From: Marsupella aquatica
Taxonomy: Eukaryota; Plantae; Marchantiophyta
DNA length: 64,000 nt
Assembly: GCA_973895155.1 (NCBI GenBank)
Contig: OZ316893.1
Location: 16,832,645-16,896,644 of the forward strand
Reading direction: 5' to 3'
The notes under the pieces were generated by a model, which saw only the letters and a program-made list of their open reading frames with translations, did not search any database and had not been told where the DNA came from. Below are positions 1-10,145 of this stretch, one piece after another. Positions within the stretch are counted from its first letter, which is position 1. Each line of letters starts with the position of its first letter. A program made the position numbers and the translations under genes.

Positions 1-512
1 ACAACATACACTGTGTCTCTCAGAGACCCTCTCCGAGATGAAATTAAGGGTATTCCGTTTCAAAGGAAGGACCCAAATTGGTTCTATCCAACATCCGATG
101 TCAGAGACCCTCTCTGAGACGGAGTGGTGTGGCCCGAACGGCCAGACGGCAAAAATTGTCAATTGCGTCTTGGGTGGAAAGGGAAGCGAGATTGCAACCC
201 AATCGCTCGGAGACCCTCTCTGAGATGGAGCCGTGTGCCCCAAGTGGCCAGAGAGCAGTTCTCCCAGATCGCATATTGGGTCAGAAAGGTCGCCAAATGA
301 GACCCAGCCTCTCGGAGACCCTCTCTGAGATGGAGTCATGGGCGTACTTTGGCCAGATGACACCACTTGTGGACCCTGTTAACAGTTTCAAAGGGTTAGC
401 TACAACATACACTGTGTCTCTCAGAGACCCTCTCCGAGATGAAATTAAGGGTATTCCGTTTCAAAGGAAGGACCCAAATTGGTTCTATCCCACATTCGAT
501 GTCAGAGACCCT
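1..512 (+). repeat. ~401-bp direct repeat (1-~110 recurs at 402-512) in the MULE-A motif array
   Basis: ACAACATACACTGTGTCTCTCAGAGACCCTCTCCGAGATGAAATTAAGGG... starts at 1 and at 402. Confidence 0.9.
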
Positions 513-721
513 CGCCAAAATACAAGGATGAACCCAAAAGTGCATGCAAAAACTGACCGTATAGTACTTTTCAATGTTTTTACAATGTAATTATGTATGG
601 ATCGCGTGTCCGTACAAATCTACTATCTCAGAGAGGCTCGCCGAGTACAAAATACTGTTGCCCAAATGACCCGAGTCCATCTCAGAGACCCCCACCGAGA
701 ATAATTTAGGGTGGAAACTAA

Positions 722-1570
722 ATGTCAGAGACCCTCGTCGAGTAGGATTCTAGGTAAAAGTCTATGAGAATCCATCTCAGAATCTTGGAGACCCCCGCCG
801 AGAATGACTTAGGATGAAAAGTAAATGACACTCAGCGACCAAGGAAGTCCCTAATCCACCACAGAGAGGCTTGCCAGATAGCGCGACCGCATGTCAGAGA
901 CCCTCGCCGAGTAGGATTCTAGATAAAAGTCTATGAGAATCCATCTCAGAATCTCGGAGACCCCCGCCGAGAATGACTTGGGATGAAAAGTAAATGACAC
1001 TCAGTGACCAAGGAAGTCCCTAATCCACCACAGAGAGGCTCGCCAGATAGCGCGACCGCATGTCAGAGACCCTCGTCGAGTAGGATTCTAGATAAAAGTC
1101 TATGAGAATCCATCTCAGAATCTCGGAGACCCCCGCCGAGAATGACTTGGGATGAAAAGTAAATGACACTCAGCGACCAAGGAAGTCCCTAATCCACCAC
1201 AGAGAGGCTCGCCAGATAGCGCGACCGCATGTCAGAGACCCTCGCCGAGTAGGATTCTAGATAAAAGTCTATGAGAATCCATCTCAGAATCTCGGAGACC
1301 CCCGCCGAGAATGACTTGGGATGAAAAGTAAATGACACTCAGCGACCAAGGAAGTCCCTAATCCACCACAGAGAGGCTCGCCAGATAGCGCGACCGCATG
1401 TCAGAGACCCTCGCCGAGTAGGATTCTAGATAAAAGTCTATGAGAATCCATCTTAGAATCTCGGAGACCCCCACGAAGAATGACTTGGGATGACCAAGGA
1501 AGTCCCTAATCCACCATAGAGAGGCTCACCAGATAGCGCGACCGCATGTCAGAGACCCTCGCCGAGTAGG
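722..1570 (+). repeat. 169-bp tandem repeat, ~5 copies (last full copy has a ~21-bp deletion)
   Basis: ATGTCAGAGACCCTCG starts at 722, 891, 1060, 1229, 1398 and 1546; units are near identical. Confidence 0.95.
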
Positions 1571-1704
1571 AAGTCGGAAGGCTATTTATTCATCCTTCAA
1601 GTCAGGCATTTTTGCAGAGGGGATTATAAGCCACACGACGGAAGAAGAAATGTTTTAGGCAAGGCCGGACGGAATCTTGGAGAATATACTACATCCCCAG
1701 AGTT

Positions 1705-1970
1705 TGCATGTACCTTCTTGGCGGCTGCTGGCAAATATGTACCTTGTACATGTGCAGAATCTGTACCTTCTTGGCGGCCGCTAGCAAATAGGTACCTTCT
1801 TTGTGGTACAGTTGTTATATGTACGCTCCAGATTCTACGATCGTTATATGGTACGCACGTTGTTCGGAATGGTATTCTTGGCGTAAAGTACGGGTACTTT
1901 AACGTCTGATGTACCGCCCAAGTTCTAAGCCTGAAAGTGCGGTATTATTGGCATAAAGTGGTACCAAGAC
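1705..1970. promoter_or_regulatory. GTAC-dense cluster immediately upstream of the MULE-A transposase
   Basis: About 12 GTAC tetramers in ~260 bp counted by eye. GTAC is the SBP-box/SPL binding core; a regulatory role is inferred only. Confidence 0.4.
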
Positions 1971-2369
1971 TTTAACGTCTGATGTATAAAGCCGAAGGCC
2001 TGGGGACTAACATTCCCAGTGTGGATTTGGGACACATGGCTTCTCTTGTGATAATCCGATCAGTAACCGGGGATGTTGTTGTTTTTCGTCAGATTGAGGG
2101 AGACAGTGTTCGAGTCACTAAGGAGCATGAAGTAGCAAGCCGATTTGGTTTGAAGGTAGGGGATTTCATGATTTACGAGGAGAGAGAAGATGGGCTGTCC
2201 ACTTCTGTTGAATCCAAAGGCGATGGAGATGAGCGAGAGTGGTATCTGAAATGTGGCGTGTCCTATACTATCTGCAAAAAGAAAGCAAGTTCATGCAATG
2301 TTAGTGAGGGTCTTGGAGATTTTGCGCACTCCCCACAGATTGATGAACCGGGTGAATTATGGAACAATA

Positions 2370-2810
2370 CACCGCGTCAGAAATCGTCCCAATTTTGGGA
2401 GGACATTCACCAAGTTGGTAGACCCCACTCAAATTCGTCGCCAGTGTGGCAAGATGTTGGAGAGGTAGATGAGCCAGTGAAGGAGACACCTCGACCCAGT
2501 GCAATCAATCTCAGAGGGGGTCTTCGACATGGTGAACCTTCTCGATTGAGTACACCTCGGTCAAATTCATTCCATATGTGGGAAGATGTTGGAGATGTGG
2601 ATACACCAGTGAAGGAGAAACCTCGATCAAGTGCATTCAATCTCAGAGGGGGTCTTCAAGATGGTGAACCTTCTCGGACGAATACACCCGAGTCTACATC
2701 ATCCCAATTTTGGGAGGATCGAGGAGCTGCTTATACTCCACCAAAGGAGACACCTCGATCAAAGGCATTCCTTCTCAGAGAGGGTCTTCGAGAAGGCAAT
2801 TCAGTATGGA
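2370..2810 (+). repeat. 132-bp (44-codon) internal repeat x3 within the transposase N-terminus
   Basis: WEDVG..PVKETPR.SA.NLRGGL..GEPSR peptide repeated; DNA motif at 2508, 2640 and 2772. Confidence 0.85.
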
Positions 2811-4405
2811 AGAATGAGTTCCTTGTCAGTGTTGTTCATGCCATGCTACACGGGAAAGGGACCTCTCGATGTGTACAAGCTGCTCGTAAGATTTTGAGCA
2901 CAAAATTGCCGGAGAGAGTTCAACGATTACCAGAAGTGTATGATGGAGACCATGTTTTTGAGTTGCCACCTTTTACAGGTCCATACTTGAAGGGGTGTTT
3001 CTTTTTGGGCATGGAGCGAAAGAATGATTGTTACATGTGGAGCAGGTTGATTGAGACAGGAGCAAATATCGGCCCAAAGCTAAACAACAACAGTCACGCT
3101 TACAAGATCCAAACTGTGAAGTGTTTGGGTTCTCTGCATTGTATGCATAGGGATTGTGAGAATTTTGAAGAGCGCAAAGAGCACAATTCTGCAAAGTGGA
3201 CCCGAGATCGAGCAGGCACAAATGAGCTGCCTTTCCTTGTTGGATGCGACGTTCCCCCATCAAGTGTAATTTGTAGCTTCTGCAGGAGGCCTCCTAGGTG
3301 TATAGCTGGATGCCCAAGTGAGATGTACTACATCACTCCAACCAAGGACGACCTTAATTACTGTCACAAGTCTCGTGTTGCCATGCATGTTGGAAATCAC
3401 ACCCATCCCGCAATGTTCACGCACAACAAAGATCAACGATCACTTGTGCGTAATCTCGTGGAGGAGGAACTGAAGAGGAGTCCTACTGCACGGCCGTCTG
3501 TGATCAAGGTCGAAGCAGTACAAAAACTTAAAGATATTTTTGAGGACCCAGTGGCTGAGATGGTCACCACTGAGGAGGCAAACGACCTTGATGAAATGTT
3601 GGCCATTCTGGGCGACGAATCTGTTTTCCGCTCGATGATCAGGAGCATCAAGAGATACTCTCATGTGTCGTCTGATGTAAGCATGATACTAGAGATGCGA
3701 AAGCAGACTGCATTTCCTTTTATCCAAAGTGTTTTGTTCCCAGCCCAGAACGTGGGAACAAATGAGCGGCCGCACATTTTTAAAATGAGTACAGAAGGTC
3801 CCGGGTCAGGAGTGGACCTTGTTCGAAGAATGCAGCCAGGAGGGGATCTTGAGCATTCTTGGGTGATGTCTGATGTCATGCACCGCATACTTGACAATAG
3901 ATGGTGCACTATGTCTGCACACATATATGACCATTTCTATCGAGGCTTATGCACAATCTTTGTCTGTGAGCTAGTTTCAGAAGACAGCAATTCATTGCAA
4001 ACTGCATGGAAGGTCATGAGGAGGGTATGTGAAGAACATGGGCTGAAGAATGTGCAGTTCTGTGGATTTATGGCTGATAATGCTGCTGCTGGGTGGAATG
4101 CGATCCGCAATGAATTTTGGGATGGAAAGGTAAATTCCCATAGAGAGAGGTCTGATGCATTTCACTGGGCCCAATCAGTACAGAGAATGCAAAAGCACAT
4201 TGTCCCAAGTAAGAGATTCGAGCATAAAGAATTGTTGGATTCACTTCGGCACGCCGGTAATATAGTTCTTGCCTATCGAGTTTTTGAGAAGCTGAAAACG
4301 TGGTGGAATGAGGGCAATGCGCTACCAGGAAAAGCAAAGGAGCTCACCACGTGGATGTCTTGGTGGATTGTTCGGTTTTCTCAATGGGGAAACTTTTTGA
4401 GACTC

Positions 4406-4564
4406 GTAAGTGTCTTAACACTTTCCCTCCCTATGCATGATATCCGTCAACACGTCGGATCTCGGCGAAGCTCTCCGAGATACGCTCTGATACACCTATT
4501 TTGTCTGTTGCCTAGAACATAAAAAATGACCAAAATTGATATGTTTTCTGGAACAATATTGCAG
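4406..4564 (+). other. Phase-0 GT-AG intron in the MULE-A transposase
   Basis: CTC|GTAAGT at 4406 and TTGCAG|GAG at 4564 join the two ORFs in frame; same position as the intron in MULE-B (29582-29743). Confidence 0.85.
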
Positions 4565-5974
4565 GAGATGGACAGAGAAAAGGCAGCACTCATGCCTAAC
4601 CACAGCGGGGCAGAGTCGGTACACGCATCTATGCGTAAATCCTCATCTAGTACAAAGGTTGGGTTAGTACAATCTTGTACCCTGGATGCATCTCGCGCGT
4701 TGAGCCAGAATGGAGCTTTGAAGAACTACAAACTCAGTGGGAGGAAAGGACGGGGACCGAGCTTGTTTGAACTTCGACTTTGAGATGCTACTGCCGTTGG
4801 GAATGTAGAATCTTTCTTTCCAAAATTGAACACCGCTGTAACTCAACCACACTTGCGTGAGTTCTCATCCGCGGACCCACTTAGCGGAGATGTAGAAACG
4901 GTTCCGATGAAACGCGGGAAGGCCGCTGCTGGCCATCATGTTGTAGTAGAAGATTCCCACCGGCCTGACATTGTTTTGGTAACCAGACCAAAGAAGAGGA
5001 AGTTCAAGGGGATTGCAAATAGGGACGCAAACTTGAAAAGCCAGGATGCTGAAGTTGTGGATCTATCGTCCGATGGCTCTCGTGGCTCGGGCGAACCAGA
5101 TGTTGTCATTGTGGAACCTTGAAAGACGAGGTCAACCCCACGTCCGGAGCCCGTGAGAAGACGTGTTCAGGAAAGTGATTTGGTTCCAAGCATGTTCTTT
5201 TTGGCTCGCATCTCAACGATTGGTAAGAGTCCCGGTTGTCGAGGTGCATTCAAAGGCAAGGAACGGGGAGTATGTGCTCAATTTATCAGAGAGGCAGGAC
5301 TAAAAGTAAGCGGATTAGGCGTTGTCGGTATCTGTTGGCTGGCTGGGAGTAAATTTAACGAACCAGGTGTTCCATATCCGTATTGGTTCTGCCCAAACAA
5401 CCAGTGTTGCACAAAATCATCTTTGCCATTTATTACCGGTGTTTTACCACCACTGCCTTCAAAGTTTCCTGTCTCTCGTGGAACTAATCTTACAGAAGAA
5501 GAGGTCCTGTTCTTGCACAACAATGGAGTGGACGTCATTTTTGGTGAAGATGTTATGAATGAATTGGTGAGTGCTGGCGACATCATAATGGATTTGAACA
5601 CATACCCAGAGCGGATAGATCCTACAATGCCTGATGAGCGTGGTACTCGACGCAATGGCCAGGCAAGGCGAAGGAGGTCAGACACCTCCAAGTACGCTGC
5701 CACACGTATCCGTAATGCTAAGACCGAGGCAATTGTGTGCACATCAATGAGGAGAATCAAAACAGGGAATGCTACAGGCGTGAGGCTCATGGTGAACAAC
5801 ACTTGCAGGGGCCAAACTTCAATACATTGCGTACAGATCTATGTCTTCCCAAGTTGCTCCTGCAAGGATTTCATGTACAGGGAGTCTATGGGAAGAGCCT
5901 ACTTCCCGTGCAAGCACTTGTACTGGTGCTTTGCAAACATCTTGAAAAGGAATATCGACATGGATCAATGTGTT

Positions 5975-6925
5975 AACCAACCAATCTTGACTCTAACTGA
6001 GGTCAGCAACCTTGTATCAAATGTGGGTATTGTCTGATCTCGGCGACCTCCGCCGACATTGTATTTCGGAGACCATCGCCTACATTGTATCTCGGAGACC
6101 CTCGCCAACATTTACCAAACAGCTGAATAGGGTCACTTGTGTTGGACCTAGGGTTTAGGGTTTAGGAAAAATGACCAACCAATCTTGACTTTGAGGTGGG
6201 CAAACTTGTATCAAATATCGGTATTGTCTGATCTCGGCGACCTCCGCCAACATGAACAGGTTTCCTTCCTCATTGTATCTCGGAGACCCTCGCCAACATT
6301 GTATTACTGAGACCCTCGTTAACAGGGTATCTTGGAGACCCTCGCCGACATTGTATCACTGAGACCCTCGCTGACAGGGTATTTCGGAGACCCTCGCCGA
6401 CATTTACCAAACAGCTGAATAGGGTCACCTGTGTTGGGCCTAGGGTTTAGGGTTTAGGAAAAATGACCAACCAATCTTGACTTTGAGGTGGGCAAACTTG
6501 TATCAAATGCCGGTATTGTCTGATCTCGGCGACCTCCGCCAACATGAACAGGTTTCCTTCCTCATTGTATCTCGGAGACCCTCGCAGACATTGTATTACT
6601 GACCTTCGCTGACAGGGTATTTCGGAGACCCTCGCCGACATTGTATTTCGGAGACCCTCGCCGACATTTACCAAACAGCTGAATAGGGTCACCTGTGTTG
6701 GGCCTAGGGTTTAGGGTTTAGGAAAAATGACCAACCAATCTTGACTTTGAGGTCGGCAAACTTGTATCAAATGCCGGTATTGTCTGATCTGGGCGACCTC
6801 CACCGACATGAACAGGTTTCCTTCCTCATTGTATCTTGGAGACCCTCGCCGACATTTACCAAACAGCCAAATAGGGTCACTTGTTTTGGGCCTAGGGTTT
6901 AGGGTTTAGGGTTTAGGATAAATGA
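5975..6925 (+). repeat. ~260-290-bp tandem repeat (3-4 copies) containing the transposase 3' end, motif subrepeats and (TTTAGGG)n telo-repeats
   Basis: AAAATGACCAACCAATCTTGAC at ~6167, ~6459, ~6723; CTAGGGTTTAGGGTTTAGG at ~6148, ~6440, ~6703, ~6892. Confidence 0.9.
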
Positions 6926-6988
6926 CCGTTTTATGTGATCGATATTATGTATCCGTTGTCCTTGTCGGTTTAGTGTTTAGGGTTTGCT

Positions 6989-7717
6989 ATGGACAGGGTC
7001 ACATTACCTCGGCCCGCTCTCAGATTAGGCATGTTTTTTTGTTACAAACTTACTATGGATCGCGGCGCAGGCGAACGTGAGCTTTTGATTGATAGGACAC
7101 AACAAAAGCTTAGATTGGAATTGCGGACGCTTCTGGCTAGTAAGGAACAAGACCGTGCTCGCATTTGGAATCCTCATTATCCCCTACGATGTCACCCTCC
7201 AGTGAGTAACTTGATTCCAGGGTTGCCTGATGAGGTTGTGGAGTTGCACATCTGGCCCCGGATTCGGTCAATGCTCGAAGGTGTTGCAATTTTGGATCCA
7301 GTTCGGGATGGTCATCATCCAGTGAAGACTCTCTTCCTGACGGTGCGATCAGTTGCTCATATCAACAGGAAATGGAGACATTTGATAACAAACTCCATAC
7401 TATGGGCTGCAATGACTACAGCTATAGCATTTTGTCGCGTAAGATGGCCTACAGTGACCCCTTTGTTCTTTCGAGATTCAGTGAGAGCGTTCCCACCGAT
7501 CGATATTTGGAGTCGGTTGTTTGATAGTATCTTAAATGAAAGGATCGATTCTTGGTTGTTATGTGCTTCAGAGAAAGTGGACTGCTACCTCTCTGTATAT
7601 GGTCTTGAGCAAGCGCGAGTAGAGTCTTGGAAAAGGACTTGTGTTGATAACTGGTACATTGAACAGGTTCAAGAAAGACTTGATAATGGTGTTCCTGTTA
7701 ATCGTGACAATTTTTAG
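6989..7717 (+). CDS. F-box-like protein (MULE-A cargo gene 1)
   Basis: LIPGLPDEVVELHIWPRI...VAHINRKWRHLI resembles the plant F-box motif (LIPGLPDD..., V.R.WR.L); intact 242-aa ORF; C-terminus not recognised. Confidence 0.6.
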   Translation: MDRVTLPRPALRLGMFFCYKLTMDRGAGERELLIDRTQQKLRLELRTLLASKEQDRARIWNPHYPLRCHPPVSNLIPGLPDEVVELHIWPRIRSMLEGVAILDPVRDGHHPVKTLFLTVRSVAHINRKWRHLITNSILWAAMTTAIAFCRVRWPTVTPLFFRDSVRAFPPIDIWSRLFDSILNERIDSWLLCASEKVDCYLSVYGLEQARVESWKRTCVDNWYIEQVQERLDNGVPVNRDNF

Positions 7718-8239
7718 CGGCATCGACTGAGCACCAATGTGAAAGTTGTTTGCCCACATTGAATGCCATGTCAAATATCAGCCTGCATTAGTGTAATAGA
7801 CCAATTAGAACAATTAGACCAATTTTGTGTAATAGACCAATTAGAACAATTTTGTACAAAAAAATTTGAATAGTAAAAGTTTGGACGTTTTTTGAGCGGA
7901 ATCTCAGTGCGGTATTCTTGTTATGTTAGTGACCTCTTCAACATACATAGCAGTACACAATTGTCCTTCTCATGTTGGCGAGAGTCTCTGAGATGTGTCT
8001 TGGAGAGGTCGTTTACCATCACTTTTGTCCTCGTGAAGTCGGCCAGAGTCTCTGAGATAAGTCTACTATATTGTGTTGACAAATTGGCGGGCACAATCCG
8101 CAAAATCTCAGAGACCCTCTCTGAGATGGATAACAGATAGGAGACCCCGTAATATATCGAACAGTCCCATAATATTTAGACAATGTTTTTTTACTTAATC
8201 TGCTCCTAGCAATAAAACCATAAGTTTTGGGCAAAATGT

Positions 8240-9052
8240 GTGAGGTCAAACATCCATATCACTATTCACTCTTTGGTTGCCTTATCATGGAGGTCTCCAC
8301 TTGACACTATTCTCATGTTCAACATGGAAGGATCCAATGCGCAGAGGTGTTATCATGAGAAGTGCGCTGCACGGCTTGAGAAGTTCAGGACGACCATTAC
8401 TGAGCTGAAATTGATAGCTCTTTCCGATAAGTTGTCAATATGGAGTTCTCCCGGGAGTTCTGGGGGGGAGCCTATGCGTTATCCATTGCGCAGTCAAGAA
8501 GCCCGAAAGCAGAGTCTCATCCCCGGCCTCCCGGATGATCTGACGGAGGGACACATTTGGCCTCTACTTCGAAACAGATTTGAATGTGCAAATGCTCATG
8601 GCAGAGATGATAATGCTACATTCAACGCAATCAACAACATGCGTGTATTGTCAAGAGTTAGTAGGAAATGGAGATTCCTAATGACTCACTCGAAGGGATG
8701 GGCAGCCATAAAAGTGCTGCTGGACATTGTTGAAAACATATCTGAAAATCGACATTGGACTTGACACTCAACCGCGTCCACGTTTCAAGTCCTCTTGCGT
8801 CAAATTCCTCCTATTGATGCCCTCGCGATGATGTCACCTATATCATTGAAGTCTTGGGTGGCATATTATGTTTGGAGGACAGAGAGATATGAGAGGGATC
8901 TGTATGACAGTTTCTTTGACGAGGATGAGCTTGGAAGGGTCAAGCTATGGGTGGAGAATAGGCTACACACATTGTTGTGGTGTGACGATGTAGCGAGTTG
9001 GGAGAGCAACAATCCCGATAGTGGGTACGGGCTTCATAGTGATGACATTTGA
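8240..9052 (+). pseudogene. F-box-like paralogue (MULE-A cargo gene 2) with one in-frame TGA at 8762
   Basis: LIPGLPDDLTEGHIWPLL...VSRKWRFLM. ORFs 8240 and 8795 share one frame; FQVLLRQIPPID aligns with FRDSVRAFPPID of cargo gene 1. True start is probably a downstream ATG. Confidence 0.6.
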
Positions 9053-9230
9053 TCATTTATGGTTTAGGTCGGTCGCCATTGTTGGTTTAGGTTTAGTTTA
9101 GAAGAATTTATCCTCACCCCTGGTAGTTTTGGTTCAGATTTTGTAACATGGACAAATTTTGTACGAGTTTGTGATTAATAAATTACTTGATATTTGCACG
9201 ACAACACATGTTTGGCACGGTGTTTTTTCA

Positions 9231-9760
9231 ATGTCGACTACCTCGCCGACATGCAGAACTCAGCTTGGGTCTTTGAGATGAATCTTGGTCAGATCTCGGC
9301 GGCCTTCTCCGAGATATACTGGCGTACGTCAAATCGCTGGATGTACGTCAGATCGCCAATGTCGACCACCTCGCCGACATGCAAAACTCAGCTTGGGTCT
9401 CTGAGATGAATCTTGGTCAGATCTCGACAGCCTTCTCCGAGATATACTGGCGTACGTCAAATCGCTGAATGTACGTCAGATCGCCAATGTCGACCACCTC
9501 GCCGACATGCAAAACTTGGCGAGGGTCTCTGAGATGATTCTCGGCCAGATCTCGGCGGCCTTCTCCGAGATATACTGGCATACATCAAATCGCTGGATGT
9601 ACGTCAGATCGCCAATGTCGACCACCTCGCCGACATGCAAAACTTGGCGAGGGTCTCTGAGATGATTCTCGGCCAGATCTCGGCGGCCTTCTCCGAGATA
9701 TGTTGGCATACGTCAGATTGTTGGACGTACGTCAGATCGCCAATGACATGCAACACTCAG
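9231..9760 (+). repeat. 128-bp tandem repeat x4 (right-hand array of MULE-A)
   Basis: ATGTCGAC starts at 9231, 9359, 9487 and 9615; each unit holds three palindromic motif copies, e.g. ATCTCGGCGGCCTTCTCCGAGAT. Confidence 0.92.
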
Positions 9761-10095
9761 CGAGGGTCTTTGACACATTTTGCGGTTTTGAGCAGACAGC
9801 TTAGTTTTGAGCACGCAGCTTTGTGAAGTTGGCGACCCTCGCCGAGATCTTTTCCCAACACGATACAGCCAAGCGTAGCGCCTAACCCACCAAGGAGAGA
9901 CAATGTATGAAGTTTCCAAAACAATTATAGTAAAGATCAAGTCGGCGGTCTCGCTGACATTCTAATTTGGTCGCATTATTGTGTACGGAAAGGACATATT
10001 GGGTCCGCTTGAATGATTTTATGATGTTGGCGAGTACGCCGACATATCCTTGCCAATGTTAGAGACCTCGCCCACATCCCCTCACTATGGACCCT

Positions 10096-10142
10096 TCACT
10101 GATATCAGTGACTGATATCAGTTATCAATCACTGATAACTGA
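10096..10142. repeat. Nested palindromes/hairpins
   Basis: TCACTGATATCAGTGA (10096-10111) is a perfect 16-bp palindrome; TCAGTTATCA (10118-10127) pairs with TGATAACTGA (10133-10142). Confidence 0.85.
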
Positions 10143-10145
10143 TGA

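Larger units (their letters stand above)
1982..6037 (+). pseudogene. MULE-type DDE transposase (GCM-like Zn domain, DDE core, SWIM finger); 2 exons (1982-4405, 4565-6037), two in-frame TGA stops
   Basis: KCLGSLHC...CSFC...HVGNHTHP Zn motif; MSDVMH, GFMADNA, DAFHW (CxxH equivalent) and NHSGAESVHASM catalytic blocks; SWIM CSCKDF...PCKHLYW. ORFs 4526, 4826 and 5153 share one frame, broken by TGA at 4781 and 5120. Confidence 0.85.
1..10094 (+). mobile_element. Large Mutator-like (MULE) DNA transposon 'A' (left end outside window) with transposase, two F-box-like cargo genes and motif-rich tandem arrays
   Basis: Transposase at 1982-6037. One family-specific motif (ATCTCRG-N9-YYGAGAT, core GAGACCCTCGCCGA) recurs from base 1 to ~10075 and then disappears. 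Right end placed tentatively at ...CACTATGGACCC (10094); no TSD or TIR partner is visible in the window. Confidence 0.75.

Noticed and set aside
38-590. ORFs 38-223 and 78-590 (SETLSE repeats), and ORFs at 6447, 7892-8249 and 9194-9940
   Set aside because: Translations of the DNA motif arrays; no independent coding signal.
722-1570. CRISPR-like regular repeats (also 9231-9760 and 58321-58587)
   Set aside because: Whole units repeat with no unique spacers, there are no cas genes and the context is eukaryotic.
4781-5122. Alternative genetic code, selenocysteine or programmed readthrough at TGA
   Set aside because: TGA aligns with Arg in the homologue and is more simply explained by CpG deamination; TGA terminates other genes here.
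6148-6917. True telomere or chromosome end
   Set aside because: Only 2-4 TTTAGGG units, embedded in an internal tandem repeat.
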